DNA from: an uncultured virus (IMG/VR IMGVR_UViG_3300043430_000167)
Lineage: Duplodnaviria > Heunggongvirae > Uroviricota > Caudoviricetes
Strand: one strand, 5' to 3'
Virus record (IMG/VR): IMGVR_UViG_3300043430_000167
DNA: 64,000 nt
The notes under the pieces were generated by a model. That model searched no databases. It was not told the origin of the DNA and saw only the letters and a list, made by a program, of their open reading frames with translations. How positions within the stretch are numbered: position 1 is the stretch's first letter; each line of letters opens with the position of its first letter. Below, piece by piece: positions 47,975 to 57,605 of the stretch. Position numbers and translations under genes: made by a program.

Positions 47975-48673
47975 TCAGACTCCTGATTTGCAGTGGCCCG
48001 TGCCGCCTGGTCCGTACGGACACCAGCGACAGCTGTGCTCATTTGGGTTTGGTTTGAAGTCCGTCGCGGATGTCATGCGAAGACCTCGTCTGTCGAAGTT
48101 CTTAAGGTATCTGAGGCCTTGTTCACGAGAGAGTGTCAGAGTCGTGATGTCGTCTGCGTCGAGATACCAGAGTTCTGCCGTCACCTTGGTGATCTTGTCG
48201 TTACGCAAGAGCATGGCCAGTGCATAGAGCTGCAGCTGTTCGGCGTGCTTGAGTTCGTTGCCGAACTTCTTGCCTGTTTTGTAATCAATCACCACAGCGT
48301 GTGTTGGGCTCAGCATGACGGATGCGTCCAGCTTCATACGAAGCCATCCCGTCTTCCAGTCGTGTGGGGTCCACAGATTGTTGAACGCCCAGTCTTCTTC
48401 CAATGTGGCTTGCTTGGCGAGGAACTTCTCGCGCAGGCTCTTGTATTCATCAGCGAACTTGTTCAGTTCTTTCGGCAAGGTCTTGATCTTGCCGCGGACA
48501 AAGTCTTCAGCCAGTTGGTGTATGGCTGTTCCACGTTCTGCGGCTGGACTGGGTCTTGGATCAGGGATGCGTTCCCCGTACTTGAGCCAGGCTTTGAAAC
48601 GACAGCTTTCAAAGTCAATGAGGCGCGAGTAGGACCAGGACTTGATTGTTTGATTTGGGCGGGGCGCGTTCAT
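47975..48673 (-). CDS. Cas4/RecB-like PD-(D/E)xK exonuclease
   Basis: 'WSYSRL...C', 'RGTAIH', 'IDYKTGK', 'QLQLYA', 'CRWCPY......C'. Confidence 0.85.
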   Translation of the reverse strand: MNAPRPNQTIKSWSYSRLIDFESCRFKAWLKYGERIPDPRPSPAAERGTAIHQLAEDFVRGKIKTLPKELNKFADEYKSLREKFLAKQATLEEDWAFNNLWTPHDWKTGWLRMKLDASVMLSPTHAVVIDYKTGKKFGNELKHAEQLQLYALAMLLRNDKITKVTAELWYLDADDITTLTLSREQGLRYLKNFDRRGLRMTSATDFKPNPNEHSCRWCPYGPGGTGHCKSGV

Positions 48674-49173
48674 TTTAAGAGACCTTTCGATGCTTTTCGT
48701 TTTTGATAACTGACTGCTTCTCGTTTACGCCGCTGTTCTCTTGCTTCACGACTTTCGTTTTTTACCCGTTTTGAGTCGCATGCTTTGCAGATCGTGGATT
48801 TTCCGGTTGTTCGTCTGTTGTCAGAAACGAAGTCATTGAGTGTTTTTTGTTGTTTGCACACATAGCATCTACAAACCCCGTTATTGGCTAAGCGTTTGTC
48901 TTTTGCGATGTTTTCTGTTAGAGGTATAACTTGCATATTTAAAAGATCGTAGTGGCCGTTGTTATCTATTCGATCAATAGAACATCTCTCGAAATCTCTC
49001 GCCATGAACCATTTAACAAAATCTTCTTTTGATACCAACACTTGAACGCCTTTATAGGATGCGTTCTTCGACGTACGGGTGTTTTTCACTCGGTGGCACA
49101 TCATGTAATAACGTGCCAGCGCTCGATGTCTTCCGCCGATAATCTTGTGCCGATTGTCATTTTTGCTCGGCAT
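48670..49173 (-). CDS. HNH-type homing endonuclease-like protein
   Basis: 'SIDRIDNNGHY..N' plus C-terminal CxxC pairs; AT-rich. Confidence 0.65.
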   Translation of the reverse strand: MPSKNDNRHKIIGGRHRALARYYMMCHRVKNTRTSKNASYKGVQVLVSKEDFVKWFMARDFERCSIDRIDNNGHYDLLNMQVIPLTENIAKDKRLANNGVCRCYVCKQQKTLNDFVSDNRRTTGKSTICKACDSKRVKNESREAREQRRKREAVSYQKRKASKGLLK

Positions 49174-49175
49174 GT

Positions 49176-49616
49176 TTAACGGCCTGTATGGCCGAAGCCG
49201 CCAGCGCCACGTTCAGTTGAACTGAGTTCGTCGACTACTTCAAAGACCGCCTGTTGGATGGGCAGGATCATGGCTTGGGCGATGCGGTCGCCGTGTTTGA
49301 TGTGAAGGCCGCAATCAGGTGTGTCTACTGTGAGTTTCACTTTCACTTCACCGCGGTAATCGCTGTCAATCACACCAACGCAGTTGGCCAGACGCACACC
49401 GTAGTTGAACCCGTGGCCACTGCGGCTAAAGACCAGCATGACGTGATCTTGAGGAACTTCGAACGCCAGGCCTGTGGCGATAACATCAGGCGCGTATTGA
49501 CCCACATGGTATGTTGCACTCAATGAGAGGGCATGTAGGTCAAAGCACGCTGCACCGGGTGTTGCATAGGTAGGAATGATTGCTTCGGGGTGCAGCTTCT
49601 TGATTTTGACTTGCAT
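49176..49616 (-). CDS. dut: dUTPase (trimeric)
   Basis: 'ACFDL', 'SRSG', 'GVIDSDYRGE', 'RIAQ', 'RGAGGFGHTG'. Confidence 0.95.
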   Translation of the reverse strand: MQVKIKKLHPEAIIPTYATPGAACFDLHALSLSATYHVGQYAPDVIATGLAFEVPQDHVMLVFSRSGHGFNYGVRLANCVGVIDSDYRGEVKVKLTVDTPDCGLHIKHGDRIAQAMILPIQQAVFEVVDELSSTERGAGGFGHTGR

Positions 49617-49629
49617 GACTTTGTCCTCG

Positions 49630-50340
49630 TTAAAGTTGAAGTGAGTGGGCGACTAGGAACCCCTGATCCGACACAACTGTCCTTGCTTTCATCGGCACCT
49701 TTATCCGAATGCACGGAGGTACAAGGTAAGGCGATTCAGTGTGCTTAACCCACAAAGCAGCGCCCTTCTCCGGCCGGAACGGCTACCGTGCAAGTCTGTT
49801 TGGTCTCTTGCGGATTCCAAGGCCAGTATGCAACTCGCCAAAAGGGTGCTGCTTTGTAGGTGCTGGTTTCTTTCCCACCAGCAAAGTCATGTGGGTGACC
49901 TATTCATCATCGAGGTGCTTCCTCAGATTGGCATAATTGTCGATTAGCTCAGTCTCGCAGGCATGCCCTGCGAAACATAGTTACAGCGTCCTGTAACGAT
50001 CCTCTTTTACCCACAAGTCAAGCGCACTGGTCGCTACTCCAGTTGTCGGCATTCCGACGCACGCCTGCGTCTTCTGCGCTTGCTTGTAGGTGCTGGTTTC
50101 TTTCCCACCAGCAAAGTCACCGATTCATGAGACTTGCGCTTTCGGTTAGCGAGTACGCCCGCTCATGTGGGGGCAGGTTTCTTCCCAGCCTGCAAAGCCA
50201 TGTGGGCACATCTAATTAGATGGATCTAGCCCTACCCACAGAACTGCATCCGAATGCCGCAAGTCGACATTATTGGCACTCAGTTGCAGTTCTGTAGGTG
50301 CTGGGGAGACGGCCAGCACCGTTGTTGGTATTTGATCTAC
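49630..50340 (-). ncRNA. Array of repeated structured RNA modules, family unknown
   Basis: 36-nt repeat at 49854-49889 and 50084-50119 (identical), 50165-50200 (compensatory variant), 50292-50320 (partial); long closing stems; no credible ORF. Confidence 0.65.
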
Positions 50341-50362
50341 ATAGCTAGCCCCCTCCGTGTTG

Positions 50363-50890
50363 TTAAGTCAGAGAATCGAAAAGTTCGAAGAGGTGCAGAA
50401 CCTGGTCTTTAGCATCGTCGAGCGCGTTGTGGTGTGTGCCACTCCGCGTCATCTTGATGCTTGGGTTCATGTTCTTGAGTGTGCGATAGCAGCGGTTGTT
50501 GTAGAACATCCACGGCTGTTCGATACCGCAATTGCGTAACGCGCTGCCCAGGATCACGTTGTCGAAGTCAGCCCCGTTACCCCATACAACCATGTCCTTC
50601 TTGACTGCGCAGCCGAGAGCGAAGTGCATGAACGCGATGAGTGCGTCCGGCATGGTCTCGCCTTTACGTTGGAACGCAGCCCGTGCCTCGTCGCTCTGCT
50701 GCATCCACCAGAGTACCGTGCTCGGGTCCATAGCTCCGCCGTATTCAACAGCGGATGCAAGGTCGATGACTTTGTAGAACTCCTTGCCGAGTTTCATCTT
50801 GACCGGGTCGAATTCCACAGCGCCGATGGCGATGATGGCTGCATTGGGTGTGTTACCCATGGTCTCCAGGTCGATCATGAGGTTCTTCAT
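50363..50890 (-). CDS. DEDDh 3'-5' exonuclease (DUF5051/RNase AS-like)
   Basis: 'MIDLETMG', 'WGNGADFD', 'HNALDDA'. Confidence 0.85.
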   Translation of the reverse strand: MKNLMIDLETMGNTPNAAIIAIGAVEFDPVKMKLGKEFYKVIDLASAVEYGGAMDPSTVLWWMQQSDEARAAFQRKGETMPDALIAFMHFALGCAVKKDMVVWGNGADFDNVILGSALRNCGIEQPWMFYNNRCYRTLKNMNPSIKMTRSGTHHNALDDAKDQVLHLFELFDSLT

Positions 50891-51039
50891 TTCTTTTCCC
50901 TTTTAGCGAGTTTGCGCATATGCCCGTCATGACAGACGAGGTATTCCGTGTCGTCGATGATGCGGATCTTCACGATGGTCAGACCGAAGTCTGTTGCCCA
51001 TTTGCGCATGAGATGCGCCTTGAGTTTGGTCAGCATGGT

Positions 51040-51411
51040 TCAGAGCACCAACAAGGTCGGTTGATGTTCATTTTCATACCACGACCAACCGATGCAATTG
51101 CCCGGCTCATCGTCTAGATATTGAGTCAGCCAATTGATGAAATGACTAATCTCATCGTCGTAGTTTTTCAAATCACTGCGACTGAAGATGTACCCGTCGG
51201 CATATCGGCTGTTCGTCCACGGCACGTGGTAGTAGCTGTTCGAACGTCCAAGGGCCTGCCAGCGATCACACTTAAAGAATTGATGATCAGGCCATGTTTC
51301 TGGAGCAGGTTCCCCCGCGTCGTTAAACATGAAGTTCAAAATTGCCTCGACGTTGTCAGGGATTATTGATTTCACACGTGCTTTGAGCACAAGTTCTGTG
51401 TAGCTTCCCAT
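51040..51411 (-). CDS. Hypothetical protein
   Basis: 'MGSYTEL', 'HQFFKCDRW', 'LKNYDDEI..F..WL'. Confidence 0.55.
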   Translation of the reverse strand: MGSYTELVLKARVKSIIPDNVEAILNFMFNDAGEPAPETWPDHQFFKCDRWQALGRSNSYYHVPWTNSRYADGYIFSRSDLKNYDDEISHFINWLTQYLDDEPGNCIGWSWYENEHQPTLLVL

Positions 51412-51412
51412 T

Positions 51413-53809
51413 TCATTTAACCCTCTTGAGTGTTTGACGTTGTGTTGTGGGCATGAGTGCCTTGCGTTCACGAGATGGCGTCTGCCATTCAATTTCTAAT
51501 CCATAGAACGCGCCGTTATCCACCTTCATCTTTTTTGTGCTGATGCCATGGTGACGAAGCATGCTTGTGAGCTTGTTCGGACTACGTGGTGTGCCGCCAC
51601 AGCAGTGCTCGAAGATCACACCCAGCTCGTCACGTGTAGCGCGGGTTATGGCTTCCTCGCTCCAGCGTTTCATCAAGGCTGCATACCCACGGGCGATCAT
51701 GTTCTGGTCACCCATCTCCATCAGCAGGTTCTCGTCTGGCATGCAGCTGTGTAGTTGCTCAAAGTCCCCTGTGAGCAACGCACGTGCTGTTTCGTCGATG
51801 CTGGTGAGTGACAGCTCTTGAACCTTTGCTTTCGCCTCGGTCATCAGTGCTGTAGTTGCCGTGGTGACGCATGCTTTGCGCGTCATCAGGTAGTGAGTAA
51901 ATGCACCCAACTCGCTTTGGAGTTTCTTGATGAATTCAACCGGGGTTATGCTGTAGCGCGTGCTCAGCATTTCTTTGAGCATGACTGTCTGGTAATCACC
52001 CACGTTGTAGCGACGATCATTCGGCGGGATGCGTACGGGCTGTGGCCTGTTTGCACTCATGATGATCATGGTGTAGCTACGGACTTCCTTTGCCGCCTCA
52101 CGCATGCGCCTGACGCTGAACGTAGGCTCTGTCACCATGTTGCGGAGCATGCCTTCAGTGCTCTTGTTCGTCAGAGCGTCTGCTTCTATTTCGTCGATGA
52201 AGCCAATGAGAGCGCGTTCAATCCATTCGTTGAATTGATCTTCAAGCTGACCAGCTGGTTTGATGGCGACGTAGTGGCCCAGGATTCCTCTGAGCACGAC
52301 GTTGACCAAGATCCCTTTCCCTGTGCCTTCTATGCCGTGTAACACCCATGCAGTACCCGGCTTTTCACGTTTTTGAAACACCACAGCCAGGTGGTTCAAG
52401 AAGTGCTCAACACAATCCTTGTTCCCTCCGAGGACATGTTCGATCAGTGCTCTGACGCTATCCCACGACTTGCCTACATACTCTGTGTGACAACGTAAGA
52501 GTGGCGGACAAATGAAAGTGTTGATGGTTTTGCCTTCAACATTCACCACGATGTCTGACTGTGGGTCGAAGGTGATTTCCCATGTCGGGATGAATGGCCC
52601 TGGGTTCCTGCCATGGCTCAACACCCAGTCGTTGAGTGCGTCCTTGCTCTTGACTCGTTTGAGCCAGAGCTGATGAGCTTCTGCGTTCCAGAGACAGCTG
52701 TAATACTCACTGTCTTCGCTGTTGCGGAACGCCAGCATCACATCGCCGTCTTCAGAGACTGAGGCGAGGTCGCCTTTCAGTTCACGTGTCAGCTCTGCGT
52801 AACGCTCAGGCATCACTTCCTTCATGAGCATTGAATCTTCGCCCTTGAAGTTGTGGATGAGTTCGAAGTTGTTGCGTGGATGGTAGTAAGCGCGAGAGTC
52901 ACCCATGGTGCCGTCAGTGCGCATGAAATTGTAGTAGATGAACTCACTATCAAGGCTATCGAATACTTCGTAGCCGTTAACTTCCCCCAGGCCTTTCTGA
53001 ATTGTGTATTCGCCTTGCTGTGTGCTCTTTGTTGCGATCTTCTTCATTCCAGCAGCTTCACGCAGCTGGTTCCAGATCTCGCGTTTTTCCTTGGTCAACG
53101 CATCCAGTGCTTTGAGTGCGATGCGTGTGTGGGGCAGGGTGGCCAGTGATTTCTTTACGAGCTTCAGCCGGTCACTGGTTTTGATCGGACTGGTCATGTT
53201 CACGAAGATCGGCTCTGCGATGTAGAGCAGGCGGTCGTTCTGACAGAGTGTGATGTCCAAGCTGAAGTGCAGTCCTGATCCGGCAGAGTTTGTCAGAGTC
53301 AGTGCGTTGCGCAACGGCTTCAATGTGAAGTTGCTGTACATCAGCCAGGCTTTGAGCTGGCTCGGTTGCATGGCTTTGTCGAGCATGCAGATGATGTGAC
53401 AGCTGAGGGTTTTGTCCTTGGGATTGAGCTTGTAGCTGGAGCTGTACTGGATGATGTAGCTCACATCATCGAGCTTCATGGCCAGCATGAACTCTTCAGG
53501 ACTGCTGAATGGCGCTTTGTCCAGGTCGAAGCAGACCCATGTTGTGTTGGTGTTACTGCTGGTTGATCCAGCACGTGACTCGTTTCTGAGTTCCCGCTGG
53601 ATAGTGCCTTTGAGCAGGCATGGCTTGGCCGGGTCATTCACAGCCGCCTGGATGACTTCAAACATGTCGTTGAGAGACTTCACCGTGTGAGTCTTGCTGG
53701 TGAAGTTGGCTACATGAGGGTAGCTGTCTTTCGTGATTGAACCATCACGGTTCTTCACTATCCGCTTGGTCAGCGGCACAGAAGCGTAAAGAAAGGTGAG
53801 TTTGATCAT
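51413..53809 (-). CDS. Primase-helicase (AEP-like N-terminus, SF3/DUF5906 helicase)
   Basis: 'CFDLD'; Walker A 'GIEGTGKG'; Walker B 'FIDE'; 'DRRY'. Confidence 0.8.
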   Translation of the reverse strand: MIKLTFLYASVPLTKRIVKNRDGSITKDSYPHVANFTSKTHTVKSLNDMFEVIQAAVNDPAKPCLLKGTIQRELRNESRAGSTSSNTNTTWVCFDLDKAPFSSPEEFMLAMKLDDVSYIIQYSSSYKLNPKDKTLSCHIICMLDKAMQPSQLKAWLMYSNFTLKPLRNALTLTNSAGSGLHFSLDITLCQNDRLLYIAEPIFVNMTSPIKTSDRLKLVKKSLATLPHTRIALKALDALTKEKREIWNQLREAAGMKKIATKSTQQGEYTIQKGLGEVNGYEVFDSLDSEFIYYNFMRTDGTMGDSRAYYHPRNNFELIHNFKGEDSMLMKEVMPERYAELTRELKGDLASVSEDGDVMLAFRNSEDSEYYSCLWNAEAHQLWLKRVKSKDALNDWVLSHGRNPGPFIPTWEITFDPQSDIVVNVEGKTINTFICPPLLRCHTEYVGKSWDSVRALIEHVLGGNKDCVEHFLNHLAVVFQKREKPGTAWVLHGIEGTGKGILVNVVLRGILGHYVAIKPAGQLEDQFNEWIERALIGFIDEIEADALTNKSTEGMLRNMVTEPTFSVRRMREAAKEVRSYTMIIMSANRPQPVRIPPNDRRYNVGDYQTVMLKEMLSTRYSITPVEFIKKLQSELGAFTHYLMTRKACVTTATTALMTEAKAKVQELSLTSIDETARALLTGDFEQLHSCMPDENLLMEMGDQNMIARGYAALMKRWSEEAITRATRDELGVIFEHCCGGTPRSPNKLTSMLRHHGISTKKMKVDNGAFYGLEIEWQTPSRERKALMPTTQRQTLKRVK

Positions 53810-53896
53810 GGGAGTCTCTCAGCGCGAGGTTCGTACTCTGACAGAAAGCATCAGAGAGTGTCAAACAAGAAAAGTGGGGACAGAGTTGGGTGAGGG

Positions 53897-54333
53897 TTAG
53901 TAGTTTCCGTCAGCCAGTATTCTTACATTTGGCTCTTTTACTGGGAAATGTTCAAAGTCCGCAGCTTTGGCTGTTGGTTTTAATCCAACTTTTACCAGTT
54001 CATTGTTCAAAAGATTTGCAGCTTCTTCTTTTGTTTTTGTTTTTGCTGCAACCACGGCTGATGTTCCTACAGGGTAGAAGCCTTCAAATTTGGTATTGAT
54101 CCAGGTTTTCATTTCAAGTGCTCCAAGACATTCAGTGCGCGGATGTGATTCTCTTGGTTATTTCGTAGAGGATTCATCTTGTTGTGCAGGACAGCCACGC
54201 ATTCGAGTAAATAGGGCATGAGTTCGTATGCGTGTCGGGTAAACGTCTGGCTCAGGTTGTATCTTATTCCCGGTTCCCATTCACTTCGAAGAAGCTCTTC
54301 ATAGGCTGTGCGTAAGGCGTCGATTTTGGTCAT
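53897..54333 (-). other. Two small hypothetical ORFs (53897-54112, 54109-54333)
   Basis: Coupled AT-rich ORFs. Confidence 0.45.
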
Positions 54334-54349
54334 TTTTAACCCCAAAAAT

Positions 54350-54650
54350 ATTAGAACCAGATTGGAACCAAAGTTCCGAAATTTGGGCTAAATTTCGGAA
54401 CTTTGGGTGATTTTACTGTCAGTTTCAAGTTGACAAAGTGTCAGGTGCAATCTGACAGTAAAACTGGTCAAAAACAGGTCAAATTTCGGAACTTTAGAAC
54501 TTTTTGGAACCTCTGAGAGCCTTGCTGCGTAAGGCTGGTACCGAAGTTCCAAAAAGTTCCGAAATTTATAAGTTAATGTGTGAAGAAAAATAAAAGGACT
54601 TTCTGTTTTTACTATACTAATGCGGACAAAGATCGGAACATTTCGGAACC
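54350..54650. repeat. Iterated inverted repeats; candidate replication origin
   Basis: Perfect 17-bp IR at 54368-54406; further AAATTTCGGAAC/GTTCCGAAATTT copies at 54481 and 54556; AT-rich tract; upstream of primase. Confidence 0.6.
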
Positions 54651-54653
54651 GGC

Positions 54654-54899
54654 CTATTTTCGCACTGTAGCCTGTCGTCCCATGAATATGCCAGCCAGAA
54701 GTGCTGCGACTGTCGCTGAAAAGCCACCTGTCATGGTTCCACCATGTAGCGAAAAAACGAGAATAAAGATTCCAACTTCTATGCAGAATGAGAATAGCTT
54801 CAAGCGACGCAGTTTCCACCACATGGAGTAGATGCCGAAGAAGATCACCACGCCGTAGATGAGGGGCATGATGTCGATGTGAGCGAGGAATGCGTTCAT
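54654..54899 (-). CDS. Small multi-TM membrane protein
   Basis: 81 aa, three hydrophobic segments, 'HGGTMTGG'. Confidence 0.55.
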   Translation of the reverse strand: MNAFLAHIDIMPLIYGVVIFFGIYSMWWKLRRLKLFSFCIEVGIFILVFSLHGGTMTGGFSATVAALLAGIFMGRQATVRK

Positions 54900-54929
54900 G
54901 ATGTCCGTCCCATGTTCGGTTGATCAATG

Positions 54930-54962
54930 CAAAAACTCACCACCATTAACTTGGTGGTGAGT
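54930..54962 (-). terminator. Intrinsic terminator
   Basis: ACTCACCACCA/TGGTGGTGAGT stem followed by TTTTG on the minus strand. Confidence 0.65.
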
Positions 54963-54970
54963 GGTCACAA

Positions 54971-55942
54971 CTAGCTGAGTGCAACCTCGCCAGTCTTGAC
55001 GCGGATGCGCTTGGTGGGCACTTTGATTCCCAGTGACTTCGCCAAGAGCTTGTCATTGGGAGACAGCGTGTCGCCAGAGGCAATGGCTGCTTCGATACGA
55101 ACGCGGTGGGCTTTCTCTTCCTGATGAAGTTTGAACTCTTCATCATTCTGCTGGTTGATCTCTTCGTCGACCTTAGCCGGCAAGCGACCTTCGGCGTTCT
55201 TCAGAGCCAGCTCGACTTCCTTCATCGCTGCGTTGATCAGCGGGATGTCGGAGAGCGAGGCACCGCGGCTGCGACGCATGACTGCGAGCAGGGCGTTGTC
55301 ACGCGCCTTGTTGAGCGAGTCGCTCAGCTTGCTGACCACGCTGACCTGCGTGTCGTGCGAGAGCCGGTCGAACATGTCGGTATCCTCGTCGTAGAGGAAG
55401 CCAATGTCGCCAGGGCGAGGCAGGGACTGGATCACTTGCATGATGTCGTGACGCTTGGCAGCGAGTGCGGCGCGTTGTTGCGCTTGGTCGATGCTGTTGA
55501 GGCGAGCCAGATCCTCGGCGGTGATACCGCAGTCGAGCGCCGCGGCCAGCCCTTCGAGCATTTCCTTGGGCATGGCACGTGCCTCGCCCGAGATCATGAA
55601 CTTCATGGTGTCGTTGAAGGGCAGGACTTCGTTGTCGTTGACTTCCAGCGCGAGCATCTCGCGGTAGTCGTCACGCAGTGCGCTGAGCCAGAGCAGGTCG
55701 TGCCACGTGTTGTGGCCGGTGCCCAGCTCAGCACGGAGCATGGCGTCCTCTGCGGTCTTGGCAAAGCCGTTGACCACTTCGGTGCTCACGTCGCTGTCGT
55801 TACGCTCGATAGCTTGAACGATGCGCGAGCAGGCGCCGATGATACGAGCGTTGAGGGAACCAACGATGCCATAGAGAACAGTGCGCTTGGCTTGTTCAGG
55901 CAGGTTGTTGGCAAGGTTCTTGATGTCGATATGTACAGTCAT
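54971..55942 (-). CDS. Early hypothetical protein (323 aa, helical)
   Basis: AAGGAG RBS; followed by a terminator. Confidence 0.65.
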   Translation of the reverse strand: MTVHIDIKNLANNLPEQAKRTVLYGIVGSLNARIIGACSRIVQAIERNDSDVSTEVVNGFAKTAEDAMLRAELGTGHNTWHDLLWLSALRDDYREMLALEVNDNEVLPFNDTMKFMISGEARAMPKEMLEGLAAALDCGITAEDLARLNSIDQAQQRAALAAKRHDIMQVIQSLPRPGDIGFLYDEDTDMFDRLSHDTQVSVVSKLSDSLNKARDNALLAVMRRSRGASLSDIPLINAAMKEVELALKNAEGRLPAKVDEEINQQNDEEFKLHQEEKAHRVRIEAAIASGDTLSPNDKLLAKSLGIKVPTKRIRVKTGEVALS

Positions 55943-56267
55943 GATGAAGCTCCTTGAGATTGCTTTACGTAGTAATGAGGTTATGTGCTGGTTACAGCGT
56001 CCAGCGCCGTTGGGCTGTGATGCACGGCTGTTGGGTAGAGGTGAGCAGGTGATCCTACGGCCACGTCATGACCGATCTCCTGTGACTACTTGAGTAGCGC
56101 GACAAGCTGTGCCATCAGCTCGGGTTGCTTCTCGACGAGAGCAGTGAATTCTTCCGGCGTGTACTCGACTTCCACATCAATTGGACCAACGTTGACGTCA
56201 ACGCCTTCGCTGGCCTTCTTCGCAGTGAAGCCTTGCATGGTGAACTTGAGGTGCATGGTGTTTCTCC

Positions 56268-56668
56268 TTAGTGGAACGTGACGCGTTTGCGAGCAGTGCG
56301 CTCTTTGAGCAGCTCCGCCAGCGCGGTGAAGAACGCTTCGTCAGCGTCCTCTTCACGCGCCAGCAGGATGTGCAACGGATCAAGCGTTTCATCCGCTGGA
56401 TCAAGGACGAACTGGGCAGCCTCGCCCAACTCGTCTTCAGTCATGAAGATCTTGGCCATGACTAGCGACGTGCGCCGCGTGCCTTGGGTGCAGGCATTTG
56501 GTCGTCAGGGATGTAGACGTTGCCGCGCAGTCCCTGCCAGAAGCCGCGACCGGATGCCTGAGTAGCCTTGATGCTGCTGTGGATCATGAGGCCGGCAACG
56601 TTTGCTACTTGCTCAGCATCCAAAGGACGGGATTCTTCGGTCTTCGCTACTTGATTGAGGTAAGCCAT
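56268..56668 (-). other. First early ORFs (56462-56668, 56268-56459)
   Basis: Small adjacent ORFs at the start of the leftward arm. Confidence 0.5.
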
Positions 56669-56874
56669 GATGTGTATCTCCAGATGATTGAGAAGGAACT
56701 ACACAACAAGAGATCAAGGGATTCGGGTGCTTTTCCCGAATCCAAAAACGAAATCCGAACCCACCACCCCGTTTTTAGAAGGGGTGGGAGGGATGTACCG
56801 CGAATAAATTAGAGCTATATATTTGGAATTCACTCTGATAGAATCGAAATACGAAATACAGAGAGTGTAAGAGA

Positions 56875-57447
56875 ATGAAGAAATGCACGCGGTGCGGGGT
56901 TGAAAAGACGAGTGATTGCTTCAGTGTGAGGCGGGCGTCAAAGGACGGGCTTAACGCCGCGTGCAAAGACTGCCGATGCGCAACGGATAAAGCTAAGTAC
57001 GCTGAAGACGTTTCATTCAGAGACAAAGCTAAGCAGCGCTCTCGGGACAGGGCAAAGACTGATGAAGGTAAAGAGTCGTCAAAAAGGTGGTACGCAACTC
57101 ATTCCTCTTCGCACAAGAAGCGCGTGTATTTGGCGCAAAGAACGCGTAAAGACAATGACCCTGCATGGAGAAACGCTGACAACGTATGGCGCGCCATGCG
57201 GGCAGTGGGTCGTGTACCTGGGTGGGCAAATAAGTCCGACACAATGCCTTTCTATGATCTGGTGGCGATCTTAGGGCCGGGTTGGGTGGTTGATCACATT
57301 GTCCCCATTAACGGTGAAACAGTTTGTGGGTTACATGTTCGTCAAAACCTGCAGGTGGTGAGCGCTCATACCAATTCCACAAAAGGGAACCGCTTCAACG
57401 GTGAGCTTGAAATCATGGGTGTTACTGAACCGAAAGTGCGTAGGTGA
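56875..57447 (+). CDS. HNH endonuclease
   Basis: N-terminal CxxC pairs; 'VDHIVPING..VCGLHV..NLQV....N..KGN'. Confidence 0.8.
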   Translation: MKKCTRCGVEKTSDCFSVRRASKDGLNAACKDCRCATDKAKYAEDVSFRDKAKQRSRDRAKTDEGKESSKRWYATHSSSHKKRVYLAQRTRKDNDPAWRNADNVWRAMRAVGRVPGWANKSDTMPFYDLVAILGPGWVVDHIVPINGETVCGLHVRQNLQVVSAHTNSTKGNRFNGELEIMGVTEPKVRR

Positions 57448-57605
57448 GCACCGCAAACAACTTCATCCCAAATTTCTCAGAACTTCGTACCTAGAATATG
57501 ACATTTAGAACTTAGCTTCAAAGAGGATATTTCCCTCTTTGATTCCAATCCCAACCTACCCCGTACCTCGTCCAAAGTCAGGCCTCTCAAAATTTTTCTA
57601 AAAAA

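Noticed and set aside
48670..49173. Group I intron around the HNH gene
   Set aside because: The flanking dUTPase and Cas4-like genes appear intact and abut the ORF, leaving no room for an intron core
49854..50320. CRISPR array (36-nt repeats near a Cas4-like gene)
   Set aside because: The intervening segments are 194, 45 and 91 nt, self-structured and paired with the repeat; there is no cas operon; stand-alone Cas4-like nucleases are common in phage replication modules
54388..54927. 179-aa ORF crossing the repeat region
   Set aside because: It runs through the inverted repeats and overlaps the better-supported 81-aa membrane ORF
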